DNA of 64,000 nt from NCBI GenBank assembly GCA_045612545.1, contig JAZKZH010000023.1:11364-75363 (forward strand), read 5' to 3'. How positions within the stretch are numbered: the first letter of the stretch is position 1; every line of letters starts with the position of its first letter. Positions 54,901 through 63,264 of the stretch are shown in pieces. The notes beneath the pieces are model-generated. The model did no database searches. It was not told the DNA's origin and worked only from the letters and a program-made list of their open reading frames with translations. The stretch comes from Eubacteriales bacterium. GTDB lineage: Bacteria; Bacillota; Clostridia; Oscillospirales; CAG-382. Made by a program: the position numbers and the translations under genes.

Positions 54901-57239
54901 CAGGTGGGCGGAACGGTGGTTCCGGATTCCCATATGTGCGTGTGCAGATCCACAAACTTTCTGCCGTACTTGATTGCATACGCCTCTGCGGTGGAACCCT
55001 TGTGGCCGTAAATGACGGCAGTCTCGGAGATAGTGTGCGCTCTATCATAAATCTCTGTGGTGAGGGATTCAAAGGTAATGCTTGTAAAGTTTTCGCCGCA
55101 AGAGAACGCAGCGTTCCCAATGCTGGTCACGCTGTCGGGAATCACAATGCTTTTCAACGAAGAGCAACCGTAGAACGCTTCTTCTCCGATGCTGGTTACG
55201 CTGTCGGGAATGACGGCGCTTGTAAGGTTGTAGCATCCGCGGAATGCCATGCTGCCAATGATTGTTACGCTATCGGGAATGACGATGTTTGTAAGTCTGG
55301 AACAAGAAGCGAACGTCCTGTCTCCAATACTGGTAACACCGTCAGGAATCACGACGCTTGGAAGCCAGCCGCAACTGGAGAACGCAGAGTCTCCAATACT
55401 TGTCACGCTGTCGGGAATTGCGATGTCTGTCAAAACGTCGCAACTGTAAAAGGCTTTTTCCCCAATGCTTGTCACGCCGTCGGGAATCGAGACACTTGTC
55501 AAAAAAGAACAGTAATAGAACGCTTCGCGCCCAATGCTCGTCACGCCGTCGGGAATCACAATGCTTGTCAACGTGTGACAAAAGTTGAACGCCCAGTCTC
55601 CGACACTCACCACGGGCAAGCCTTCGATGGTGCTTGGGATGACCACGTCGCCGCCTGCGCCTTTGTAGCTAATAATGGTCACTTTGCCCTCTTCTATAGT
55701 GTAAACAAAATCCTTGTGATCATCCGTTTCGAGGTTATCCAGCACCATGAATTTTTTACCGTATTTTTCGGCATACGCCTCTGCGGTGGAGCCGCTGTAA
55801 CCATAAATGACGGCCGTTTCGAAAATGGTACTGTTAGAATCATAAATCTCTGTAGTGGAAGATTTAAAGGTAATGCTCGCAAGATCTCTGCAAAGAGAGA
55901 AGGCTTTTTGCCCAATGCTGTTTACGCTGGCGGGAATTATGACATTTCCTAACCCGCAACCACGGAACGCCTCGCGCCCAATACTCGTCACGCCGTCGGG
56001 AATCACAATGCTTGTCAACGCACCGCAACTATGGAACGCTTCATCTCCAATGCAAGTTATGGTATCGGGAAGCGTAACGCTTTCCAGCGAGTAACACTCG
56101 TAAAATGCTTTATCCCCAATCTTCACCACAGGCATATTTTCAATTTTATCGGGAATGACTACGTCGCTACCGGCGCCGATGTATTTGGTAATGGTTACTT
56201 TGCCGTTTTCAATAATATATTCGTAACCGAGGATATTGTCACGGTTTTCTGTTTTGCCGCATTTTATGCAAATGCGTTCTTCCTTGCCGGGTGCGGCATT
56301 TTGCCATTCGCTGTACTTGTGCCCAATAGCGGGGAGGATTTCCTCGGAAGTCTTGCCACAAAGATCGCAATAACGGCGGAGGGAACCGTCTTTTTCGCAG
56401 GTGGGCGGAACGGTCACGGATTCCCACTCATGATTGTGAAAAGCTATAAATGTTCTACCGTGTTCAATAGCATACGCTTGGGCGGTGGAATCTTCATGGC
56501 CGTAAATCACAGCGGAGGCAGGTAGGGTGGCCGAATCATTGAAAATTTCGGTGTTGGGAGATTCAAAGGTAATGCTCTCGAGGCTGGTGCAACCTAGGAA
56601 TGTCCAGTTGCTGACGTATGTCACACAGCTTGGAACTACAATGCTTTTCAAAGAGGAGCAATTAAGGACAACCCCGTCAAAGGTTTCCAAACCGCTTGGA
56701 AGAATAATGCTTGTTAACGAGGAGCAATGAATGAATGCACTATCCCCAATGCTTGTTACGCTATCGGGAATCGCAATGCTTGTCAAGGTGGAACAACCGG
56801 CGAACGCACTGCCGCCAATGCTTGTTACGCTATCGGGAATCACAATGCTTGTCAATGCTGTGCAGTAGGAGAACGCATATTCACCAATGCTAGTCACGTC
56901 GTCGAGAATCACAATGCTCGTCAATGCTGTGCATCCGTAGAACGCACATCTATCAATGCTTGTTACGCTATCCGGAATCACGACGCTTGTCAACGAGTCA
57001 CATTCGCGGAACGCACTGTCGCCAATGCTTACTACGGGCAATCCTTCGATGCTGCTCGGAACGATCACGTCACCACCGTTGCCGGTGTAGCCTGTAATGG
57101 TTACTTTTCCATCCGTTACGCTATACTCGTAATCGCCGCTTACTGCGGCAGTGGTCAGATTCACACACTCCCAGGGCAGGATACTGCACAGCAGGGCGCA
57201 GGTGAGCAAAATGCTTAAGAACCTTTTTGTAAGCTTCAT
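51756..57239 (-). CDS. giant secreted BspA-type leucine-rich-repeat protein with Cys-rich modules and C-terminal dockerin
   Basis: Start MKLTKRFLSILLTCALLCS at 57239 (AAGGAG RBS), ~1827 aa. Five blocks of ~23-aa units (IPDSVTSIG..AF..C.SLTSVV). Cys-rich modules (PPTC..DG....C..CG) between blocks. Ends with a dockerin. Confidence 0.85.
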   Translation of the reverse strand: MKLTKRFLSILLTCALLCSILPWECVNLTTAAVSGDYEYSVTDGKVTITGYTGNGGDVIVPSSIEGLPVVSIGDSAFRECDSLTSVVIPDSVTSIDRCAFYGCTALTSIVILDDVTSIGEYAFSYCTALTSIVIPDSVTSIGGSAFAGCSTLTSIAIPDSVTSIGDSAFIHCSSLTSIILPSGLETFDGVVLNCSSLKSIVVPSCVTYVSNWTFLGCTSLESITFESPNTEIFNDSATLPASAVIYGHEDSTAQAYAIEHGRTFIAFHNHEWESVTVPPTCEKDGSLRRYCDLCGKTSEEILPAIGHKYSEWQNAAPGKEERICIKCGKTENRDNILGYEYIIENGKVTITKYIGAGSDVVIPDKIENMPVVKIGDKAFYECYSLESVTLPDTITCIGDEAFHSCGALTSIVIPDGVTSIGREAFRGCGLGNVIIPASVNSIGQKAFSLCRDLASITFKSSTTEIYDSNSTIFETAVIYGYSGSTAEAYAEKYGKKFMVLDNLETDDHKDFVYTIEEGKVTIISYKGAGGDVVIPSTIEGLPVVSVGDWAFNFCHTLTSIVIPDGVTSIGREAFYYCSFLTSVSIPDGVTSIGEKAFYSCDVLTDIAIPDSVTSIGDSAFSSCGWLPSVVIPDGVTSIGDRTFASCSRLTNIVIPDSVTIIGSMAFRGCYNLTSAVIPDSVTSIGEEAFYGCSSLKSIVIPDSVTSIGNAAFSCGENFTSITFESLTTEIYDRAHTISETAVIYGHKGSTAEAYAIKYGRKFVDLHTHIWESGTTVPPTCTEDGYTTYICSCGDTYVDSIVPALGHNNNVERKDPTCTEDGYIRRYCDLCGHFSEEILRAPGHSFGIWHDSTPDKEERVCENCGETESRDKVTDYEYIIENGKITITKYIGAGGDVVIPSNIEDLPVVSIGDFAFYGCSLLTSVVIPDGVTSIGAETFEWCFSLTSVVIPDSVTSIGEWAFGACTSLTSVMIPDGVTSIEYGVFCACSSLTNIVIPDGVTSIGNYAFTSCSQLANIELPDSVTNIGDCAFQNCTSLASIEIPDSVTNIGDYTFQNCTSLASVEIPDSVTNIGDYAFQNCTSLASIEIPGSVTSIGNGAFSGCYGLASVVITDGITSIGEEAFYQCSALAIFVIPGSVTSVGNKAFSNCTSLTSVVIRDGVTSIGNMAFSNCESLTSIVIPDSVTTIGNYAFWNCSALASVVISDSVTSIGEEAFYKCSSLTSIVIPGSVASIGDSAFAGCTSLTSVVISDGVTSIGDKAFSNCYSLTNIELPNSVTTIGSSVFEWCTSLASIVIPDNVKSIGTEAFLWCIALENITFESPDTEIYESDATISKTATIYGYKGSTAEVYATKYCRAFIALDDPEPDYSREYTYTIEYGQVTITGYIGAGGDVVIPSKIMGWPVVSIGESAFLDCTTLTSVVIPDSVISIEEYAFFNCSSLTNVVIPDGVTSIMYSTFYGCSALTSIVIPDSVSIIWFDAFQYCSSLTSIVIPGSVTSIGDSAFYGCSSLTSVVIPDSVTSIGWGAFQYCSSLTNVVIPDGITSIQDGLFYGCSSLTSIVIPDGVTSIGKEAFRNCSSLSNIAIPNGVTDIGNYAFSNCELLANIIIPDSVTNIGWGAFQNCSSLANIVISNSVTDIEGWTFLHCTSLESIVIPDGVTNIGESAFSGCSSLTSVVIPDSVISIEEYAFSGCSSLKSVVIPGSVTSIDNNAFYGCFSLESITFESPTTEIYDAPDTISDNAVIYGHKGSTAEAYAIKYGRIFVEISSSGADTDESYDVDGDGEISESDVENLLSLLLGNTETDDLLRFDFDGDGVLTIFDCVLLLQKATS

Positions 57240-57329
57240 GATGCTTCTCCTTGCAAGACGTTTTTCCTTTGCCAATAGTGTACCACTTTCCACCCAAAAA
57301 AGCAACCGTTTTGGGGTGTTTTGTGCAGA

Positions 57330-57358
57330 AAAAAGCACCCTGCTTTTGGGCAGGGTGC
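57330..57358 (-). terminator. rho-independent terminator of the SBP gene 57403..58941
   Basis: GCACCCTGC-TTTTGG-GCAGGGTGC with a T-run on the minus strand. Confidence 0.75.
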
Positions 57359-57402
57359 AAGAAAACGGGAGACGTTTTTTGTTGATTTTGCGGGAGAAGC
57401 TT

Positions 57403-58941
57403 TTAATCGTTCAGCTCGTATGCGGAAACGTATAGATCGATAGCCGCTTGGATGGCAGGCTCAATGGACTGCAGGTGGGAGGTAACGCTGGTCTGGTTCT
57501 GTTCCATCAAGAGTCCGAAGAAATCGATTTCGCCGAAGTTGTACATAACGCCCAAATCGTATACCACGTTGCTGAAGATCAGATCCAGCATTTCCTCGGA
57601 GTCGTTGTCCTTTGCGGCGCGGGACTTGAGGGCTACGTCGTAGTATGCGGGGGTGATGTAGTTCTTACCGCCGCAAGCCAAAACCTCGATCATATAGGCG
57701 GAGAAGTCCGCGTCCGGTACGTTGACTGGGATGCAAATACCGTAAGCCATGCCGGTGCTGGCGGGGGTGTAATACTGATCCTGCTCCACGGTTGCCTTGG
57801 GCAGGGGAACGATGCCGTAGATGCTGTCTACTTCGTAGTTGCGCAGCTTCTTCAGCGCGGAGAAGGCGGAGCCGCAGAACAGAGAACGCTTGTTACCGAA
57901 GGCGCCCATTGCCGCCTCCCAAACGTTACGCTCGTTCCACTGCTTTTCGATCTTCTGGGTGTTGATGAACCAGGAATCGTCCTGATAGTACTTCAGAACC
58001 TTCTCTGCGTACAGCAGGGAGGCTTCGGTGTTACCGATCTCGATCTGAGGGATGTCGTTCTCATCCTTCATAATGTATCGGTTGCCGGAGGCGATGTACA
58101 TACCGCCGATGCCGTTGGTACCTACCATACCCCACTGGTCGCTGAAGGACATACCGCCGCCGTTGAGGTCCATGGTAGCCAACTGGCCCATTTCGTGCAT
58201 GGTATCAAAGGTCCACTTGCCGTCACGCACCAGCTGATACATATCGCCGTAGGTGTTCAGACAAACTTCGTTGTAGATTTCCTTGTTGAACAGGATGCAG
58301 GAGGAGACTACCTTCTGCATAATGGAGATATCGCCGGTGGTGAAGTACAGCTTGCCTGCGATGGACAGGTTCTCGTTGGCTTTCTGATCCCACCAAGGAG
58401 CGTCCAGGTGGATATATTCTGCAAAATCGTAGAGGTTATAGAAGTTGCCTTCCTGGGCAAGGGTTGCGGCTTTTCCCATAAAGGGCATTGCCGCATCATA
58501 GGTGGCAAGACCTGCCGCGGTGTCCTGCTTCAAGGTTGTTACAACGTCATCCACCGCAAATGCCTTGACGGTGACGCCGTATTGCTCTTCCACCAAACCG
58601 TTTCGGTCAAGGACGGCTTTTCTCAAAGCATCGTCGGTGGATTCGATAGGCTCAATTTCTTCGGAGTGGTAGGTATCCTGGACTTTGTCGCTGTACACGC
58701 AGACAGTGAAGGTGTCGTGGGGGAAGTTGAACTCCGGCATATTCATGTTTGCCAGGGTGTACATACCGTTTTCGTCCAAATATTTGGAATTTTCTTGGTT
58801 GGGATCCTTGTTTACCGTGCCCGCAGAGCCTGTAGAGGAGGTGTCTTCTGTCTCGTTGCCGTTGTTACTGCAGGAAACCAGCAGAGGGCACAACAGCACG
58901 AGCAAGCTCAGCAAGAGCGCAAATATTCTTCTTGAGGTCAT
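57403..58941 (-). CDS. extracellular solute-binding lipoprotein, distal paralog 4
   Basis: 512 aa. LLCPLLVSC lipobox. Shares WWDQ, GDI and FNK motifs with the 38.7-43.5 kb paralogs. Confidence 0.7.
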   Translation of the reverse strand: MTSRRIFALLLSLLVLLCPLLVSCSNNGNETEDTSSTGSAGTVNKDPNQENSKYLDENGMYTLANMNMPEFNFPHDTFTVCVYSDKVQDTYHSEEIEPIESTDDALRKAVLDRNGLVEEQYGVTVKAFAVDDVVTTLKQDTAAGLATYDAAMPFMGKAATLAQEGNFYNLYDFAEYIHLDAPWWDQKANENLSIAGKLYFTTGDISIMQKVVSSCILFNKEIYNEVCLNTYGDMYQLVRDGKWTFDTMHEMGQLATMDLNGGGMSFSDQWGMVGTNGIGGMYIASGNRYIMKDENDIPQIEIGNTEASLLYAEKVLKYYQDDSWFINTQKIEKQWNERNVWEAAMGAFGNKRSLFCGSAFSALKKLRNYEVDSIYGIVPLPKATVEQDQYYTPASTGMAYGICIPVNVPDADFSAYMIEVLACGGKNYITPAYYDVALKSRAAKDNDSEEMLDLIFSNVVYDLGVMYNFGEIDFFGLLMEQNQTSVTSHLQSIEPAIQAAIDLYVSAYELND

Positions 58942-59177
58942 GGCGTTTTTCCTTTCCGAAATGTTTTATATGAAAACATTATATCTTTTTTGAAGCGGTC
59001 TGTCAATCTGCGTTTGTTCTAAAGAGAACGGTTGTCTTTTGGTGGAAATCACAAAGGGAATGTGATTGGAACCCGGGCAGTGGGATTTCCGGGCGTCCCC
59101 TTCAGTCGGCGGTTGCCGACAGCTCCCTCCCATCAGGGGGCGCCTTTCTTGCCGCGGCGGGGGCTTTTCTGCCGTAG

Positions 59178-59216
59178 AAAAAATCCGAAGCGGCTCCGGT
59201 GTGGGTCGCTTCGGAT
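59178..59216 (-). terminator. rho-independent terminator of the transglutaminase-like gene
   Basis: ATCCGAAGCG ... CGCTTCGGAT 10-bp stem with a T-run on the minus strand. Confidence 0.75.
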
Positions 59217-59230
59217 TTTCGTGTTGGAAT

Positions 59231-59398
59231 TTAAGAAATTTGCTGCAACAGCAGTACGCAGTCGAAGATGGTGAGCTTTCCGTCAAAGTCGAAGTCGTAG
59301 AGGGCAGCCGTTTCGGTGTTGCCCACCAGAACGGACATGAGACTTGTAACGTCGGATTGATCTACCACGCCGTCGCCGTCCACATCGTAGACGGGCAC
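59231..59398 (-). other. type I dockerin module
   Basis: YDVDGDGVVDQSDVTSLMSVLVG ... FDFDGKLTIFDCVLLLQQIS. Confidence 0.8.
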
Positions 59399-61996
59399 TT
59401 TGTCGCGGCTTTCCGTCTCGCCGCAGTTGGCGCAAGTGCGTTCCTCCTTGCCGGGGGCTACTTCTTTCCAATCCCCGAAGCTGTGACCCAAAGCGGGAAC
59501 GGAATCGTCTGTATAGGCGACGCCGCAGTTTTCGCAGGCGTAGGTGGTAAAGCCTTCTTCCTCGCAGGTGGGAGGGGTGACTTTTGCCGTGTAGGCATGT
59601 CCGTTGGGAGGCAGAGTCTCCGTGTAGGAAAGACCGCAATTGGAGCATTCAAAGGTGTAAACACCGCCTTCCTCGCAGGTGGGCTCTACCGCAGAGGTAA
59701 GGGCAAAGTCGTGACCCGTGGGGTCTACGTAATCTGCCACATAGCTGTCACCGCAGTGGCAGGTGTAAGTGGCGAAGCCGCTTTCGGTGCAGGTGGGCTC
59801 GGTGTACGCTACCTCGTAGCTGTGCCCCATGGGGGGAAGAACTTTGGAATCCACGCGGCCGCAGTTTTTACAGGTGAACAGCAGGGCTCCTTCCTCGGTA
59901 CAGGTGGGAGGGATGGTGCTTTCCTCAAAGCTGTGCCCCAAAGCGGGAACGGTTTCTCCTATGAAGCTGTCGCCGCACTTACAGGTGTAGGTGGTAAAGC
60001 CTTCCTTCTCGCAGGTGGGAGGAGTCACGATTGTTTCGTGTTTGTGGGTGTGCGCCAGGGTGGGAAGGATCACGGTTTGGGTCTTACCGCAGACCTTGCA
60101 GGTGAAGATCTGTTCTCCTTCGGTCTCCTCCGTGGGCTCTACGGTGATCGCGCCGTCATCCCAAGTGTGTCCGGTCGCGGGGAGTCCGGCTTCCGAGTAG
60201 TTGTTGCCGCAATATTCGCAAACGTGGAAGATTCTGCCGTCCTCGGTGCAGGTGGGAGGAACTTCCTTGGGTTGATAGCTATGGCCATGGGCGGGGATGA
60301 TCTCGGAGCCACCCTCTCCGCAGTACTCACAGAAGGCGCCCTTGTAACCGTCTTCTGTACAGGTGGGCTCGCGGGAATCCTCCAAGTAGTTATGACCGGT
60401 GGGGGAAAGGTAGTCGTCCGTATAATAAAGACCGCAGTAGCAGGTGTAAGTGGTGTAACCCTCCTCGGTACAGGTGGGAGGCGTTACCGTAGCAACAAGA
60501 TCGTGGAAATGCTCCAAGCGGGGGAGAGTTTCTGCTTTTTTCTCACCGCAATTGTAGCAGGTGTAGACCTTTTCGCCCACAGAGAACTCCGTAGGCTGAA
60601 CGGTGACCACACCGTCGTCCCAGTTATGTCCCGTAGCGGGGTAGATCTCATCGTAGAAAGCGCCGCAATTGTTGCAGTAGCGGCGGAGGTAGCCGTCTTC
60701 CTCGCAGGAGGGGGGGACTGCCTGAGTGTCCAAGTTATGCCCCAAGGCGGGGAGGATCTCGTCGTAGGAATCACCGCAACGGTTGCAGAAGCGGCGAACG
60801 TAGCCGTCCTCTTCGCAGGTGGGTTCTTTTCTCTCCATTGCGTAGCTGTGTCCGAGGGAAGGAACGATGTTGCCAACGTAAGAATCACCGCAATCGCAGG
60901 TGTAAACGGTGTAGCCGTCCTCGTGGCAGGTGGGAGGATAGGTCCGGAAGCCGTATTCGTGAGTGTGAACGTCTTCCTTGCCGTAGGCGGTGTCGTTCAA
61001 AGAGGGAACGTCGAAAACCGCCTCGCCGTTGCCGAAGAAGTCACCCATTGCCACGTGGGATTCGTTAAAGGTGATGGGGTTGAAGGATTCGGGAACGGTT
61101 TCCCCGCCGGTCAGGAAGAAATCGTAGTAGATCATACCGGGCTGGTCATCCCAGGTCACGTCCACTGCGTACCACTTGCCGTCCTCCATGCGCACGGCGT
61201 TCCAGGCGTGAGCCTCGGAGCCGCTTCCGGTGTAGCCCATACCGGTGATAGTGATGCAGGGGATCTCCAAAAGGTCGCAATACAGCTTAAAGGCCTTTGC
61301 GTATCCCTCGCAGACGGATTTACCCTCCAGCAGAGGGCCAGTGATGTTGTGGGCATTTGCGCCGTCAACGTAGACCACCGTGTCGCAAAGGTAATCGTGG
61401 AAGTATTTCAGTTGCTGGTAGGTATCCCCGGCGGGAACCTCCAGAGCCGCGAAAACGTCTTGGATCTTTTTCACCGCGGCATCATAGCCTGCTTGGCTGT
61501 AATTGCCGGAGGCATCGGGAATACACTGAATGGTGATGGAGTAGACGGTGTCCCCCCTCACGGAAAGGTTTGCACCGTACCGAACACCGGAGGCCCAGAA
61601 CATCAAAGGGGTGTCCAAAGCGGCCGCCGCATACGCGGGGAACACCTGGGAAGACACAAAGGCCATGATCTCCGCCTGGAACGCAGGGGTAGCTCCTTCG
61701 GCAGGAACGGTAATGACGGGAATATCCGTGGTTTCCAAGGCGATGATATTGCCGCCGGGCGTGGCCTGAGCAAGCCGGGCGTAAAGCTCTCTTTGCATGT
61801 CGTTCTCCAGCTGATCGTAATACAGATGGGAGAAGGCCGTGTTGGGAGCAACGGTGCCGTAGGTTTGGCTCTCGGCTGCGTAGTACATCCCCAGATGATA
61901 CACCGTCTCGCTCTGCGCCATGACCGGCAGGGCTTGCAGTAAAAGCAGCAAGGTCAAGCAAAGGGGAAGAAGGCGGACTTTGAAAAATCGTTTCAT
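59231..61996 (-). CDS. secreted transglutaminase-like cysteine protease domain protein with ~14 Cys3-His modules and C-terminal dockerin
   Basis: 921 aa with a signal peptide (ALPVMAQS). Transglutaminase-core triad context: GKSVCEGYAKAF (Cys), EAHAWNAV (His), YAVDVTWDD (Asp). Followed by repeated modules and a dockerin. Confidence 0.8.
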   Translation of the reverse strand: MKRFFKVRLLPLCLTLLLLLQALPVMAQSETVYHLGMYYAAESQTYGTVAPNTAFSHLYYDQLENDMQRELYARLAQATPGGNIIALETTDIPVITVPAEGATPAFQAEIMAFVSSQVFPAYAAAALDTPLMFWASGVRYGANLSVRGDTVYSITIQCIPDASGNYSQAGYDAAVKKIQDVFAALEVPAGDTYQQLKYFHDYLCDTVVYVDGANAHNITGPLLEGKSVCEGYAKAFKLYCDLLEIPCITITGMGYTGSGSEAHAWNAVRMEDGKWYAVDVTWDDQPGMIYYDFFLTGGETVPESFNPITFNESHVAMGDFFGNGEAVFDVPSLNDTAYGKEDVHTHEYGFRTYPPTCHEDGYTVYTCDCGDSYVGNIVPSLGHSYAMERKEPTCEEDGYVRRFCNRCGDSYDEILPALGHNLDTQAVPPSCEEDGYLRRYCNNCGAFYDEIYPATGHNWDDGVVTVQPTEFSVGEKVYTCYNCGEKKAETLPRLEHFHDLVATVTPPTCTEEGYTTYTCYCGLYYTDDYLSPTGHNYLEDSREPTCTEDGYKGAFCEYCGEGGSEIIPAHGHSYQPKEVPPTCTEDGRIFHVCEYCGNNYSEAGLPATGHTWDDGAITVEPTEETEGEQIFTCKVCGKTQTVILPTLAHTHKHETIVTPPTCEKEGFTTYTCKCGDSFIGETVPALGHSFEESTIPPTCTEEGALLFTCKNCGRVDSKVLPPMGHSYEVAYTEPTCTESGFATYTCHCGDSYVADYVDPTGHDFALTSAVEPTCEEGGVYTFECSNCGLSYTETLPPNGHAYTAKVTPPTCEEEGFTTYACENCGVAYTDDSVPALGHSFGDWKEVAPGKEERTCANCGETESRDKVPVYDVDGDGVVDQSDVTSLMSVLVGNTETAALYDFDFDGKLTIFDCVLLLQQIS
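59399..60970 (-). repeat. array of ~33-aa Cys-rich modules (P[TS]C-x3-G-x5-C-x2-CG-x~10-GH)
   Basis: 11 canonical plus 3 variant modules counted in the translation. Confidence 0.85.
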
Positions 61997-62119
61997 AGCG
62001 GTTACCTTTCCTTATTCTTAATCCTGTATAAAACAAGTATACTCCTTCGGCAGGGGTTTGTCAAGGGCGAAAAAAGAGAAGTCTTTTTTGTTTTTTTCGT
62101 TTTTGCCTCCGAAAATCTA

Positions 62120-62148
62120 TTGCAATGCAGGGAGAAATGTTGTATACT
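62120..62148 (+). promoter_or_regulatory. promoter TTGCAA-N17-TATACT for cysE
   Basis: -35 at 62120-62125 and -10 at 62143-62148. Overlaps the ORF-track start, so the true start is downstream. Confidence 0.5.
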
Positions 62149-62170
62149 GAAAACGATAAAGCCGAAAGGA

Positions 62171-63091
62171 ATGGACATATTTATGATCAAGGAATGGCTG
62201 GGAAAAGGCGCGGGAGAAGTGGCGGAGCAGTTGATCGCCCGCAACCGTGAGAACGAAGCCGAGGCGGCGGTAGCAGGCTTCGGTGTCAAGGACAGGGTGT
62301 ACCGCGCTACGGAGCTGTTGCGGAAGGCCATGTTCCCCAACGTATTCTCCGAGGAGGTAATTCCGGAGGCGTTTCTGCCCGCCTTCGTGACGGACAGTCT
62401 GCAAAAGGCGGCCATGCTGCTTTACGGCGTGATCAGCGAGGTGTATTGCTATACCTGCGGCGGCGACGCTCCTGCGGGAACCACCTGCGATTCCTGCCGT
62501 GACGTGGCGGATAAGGCTGTTTGCGCCTTTATGGATACCCTGCCCGAGGTGATCCGCCTTTTGAACACGGATATTCAGGCCGCTTATCTGGGAGACCCTG
62601 CCGCCAGAGGCAAAACGGAGATCATGCTGGCCTATCCCTCCTTTGAGGCGGTGAGCATTTTCCGTCTGGCACACAGCCTTCACGTTTTGGGAGTGCCGCT
62701 GATTCCCCGCATGATGACGGAATATGCCCATCAAAAAACGGGAATCGACATCCATCCCGGCGCCACCGTGGGGGAAAGCTTTTTCATCGACCACGGCACC
62801 GGCGTGGTCATCGGCGAGACCTGCACCATCGGCAAGGGTGTGAAGCTGTATCAGGGCGTGACCTTGGGCGCAAAGAGCTTTGAGCTGGATGAAAACGGCA
62901 ACCCCGTGAAGGGGGTCAAGCGTCATCCCGACATCGGTGACCGCGTGGTGATCTACGCAGGCGCCACCATTTTGGGAGGAGATACCCACATCGGGGAGGA
63001 TAGCGTCATCGGCGGTAACGTATGGCTGACCCACTCCGTTCCCCCGGGCAGTAAGGTGTATAACACCCTGTCCAACAAGGAACGCTGGTAA
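62171..63091 (+). CDS. cysE: serine O-acetyltransferase
   Basis: Hexapeptide-repeat C-terminus (GIDIHPGATVGESFFIDHGTGVVIGETCTIG) and SATase N-terminal domain. Start at ATG 62171 or 62183, both with a weak RBS. Confidence 0.85.
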   Translation: MDIFMIKEWLGKGAGEVAEQLIARNRENEAEAAVAGFGVKDRVYRATELLRKAMFPNVFSEEVIPEAFLPAFVTDSLQKAAMLLYGVISEVYCYTCGGDAPAGTTCDSCRDVADKAVCAFMDTLPEVIRLLNTDIQAAYLGDPAARGKTEIMLAYPSFEAVSIFRLAHSLHVLGVPLIPRMMTEYAHQKTGIDIHPGATVGESFFIDHGTGVVIGETCTIGKGVKLYQGVTLGAKSFELDENGNPVKGVKRHPDIGDRVVIYAGATILGGDTHIGEDSVIGGNVWLTHSVPPGSKVYNTLSNKERW

Positions 63092-63153
63092 AGGTGGAAA
63101 AAGCACCCCTGGGCCGTCTCGAAAACGAAAAACAAGGAAAAGAGCCTCTGACG

Positions 63154-63202
63154 TTGCACAAGTCCGTTTTAACGAACTTGTGCAAAGCAAAGGCCTTTTT
63201 TC
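63154..63202. terminator. hairpin terminator between convergent cysE and the M23 gene
   Basis: TTGCACAAGT ... ACTTGTGCAA 10-bp stem, then AAAGGCCTTTTTT. Confidence 0.6.
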
Positions 63203-63264
63203 GTTTTGTTCAAAATACGGGATTATGCGGTTTTTTTAGGGGCAGTGCCCCTTGATCTCCTCTG

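Noticed and set aside
59060-59180. GC-rich hairpin cluster (GTCGGC-GGTT-GCCGAC and CTCCCT..AGGGGG) upstream of the SBP gene at 57403..58941, considered as another REP family member or an ncRNA.
   Set aside because: It lacks the GTAG head and has no second copy in the window. There is not enough to call anything beyond local secondary structure.
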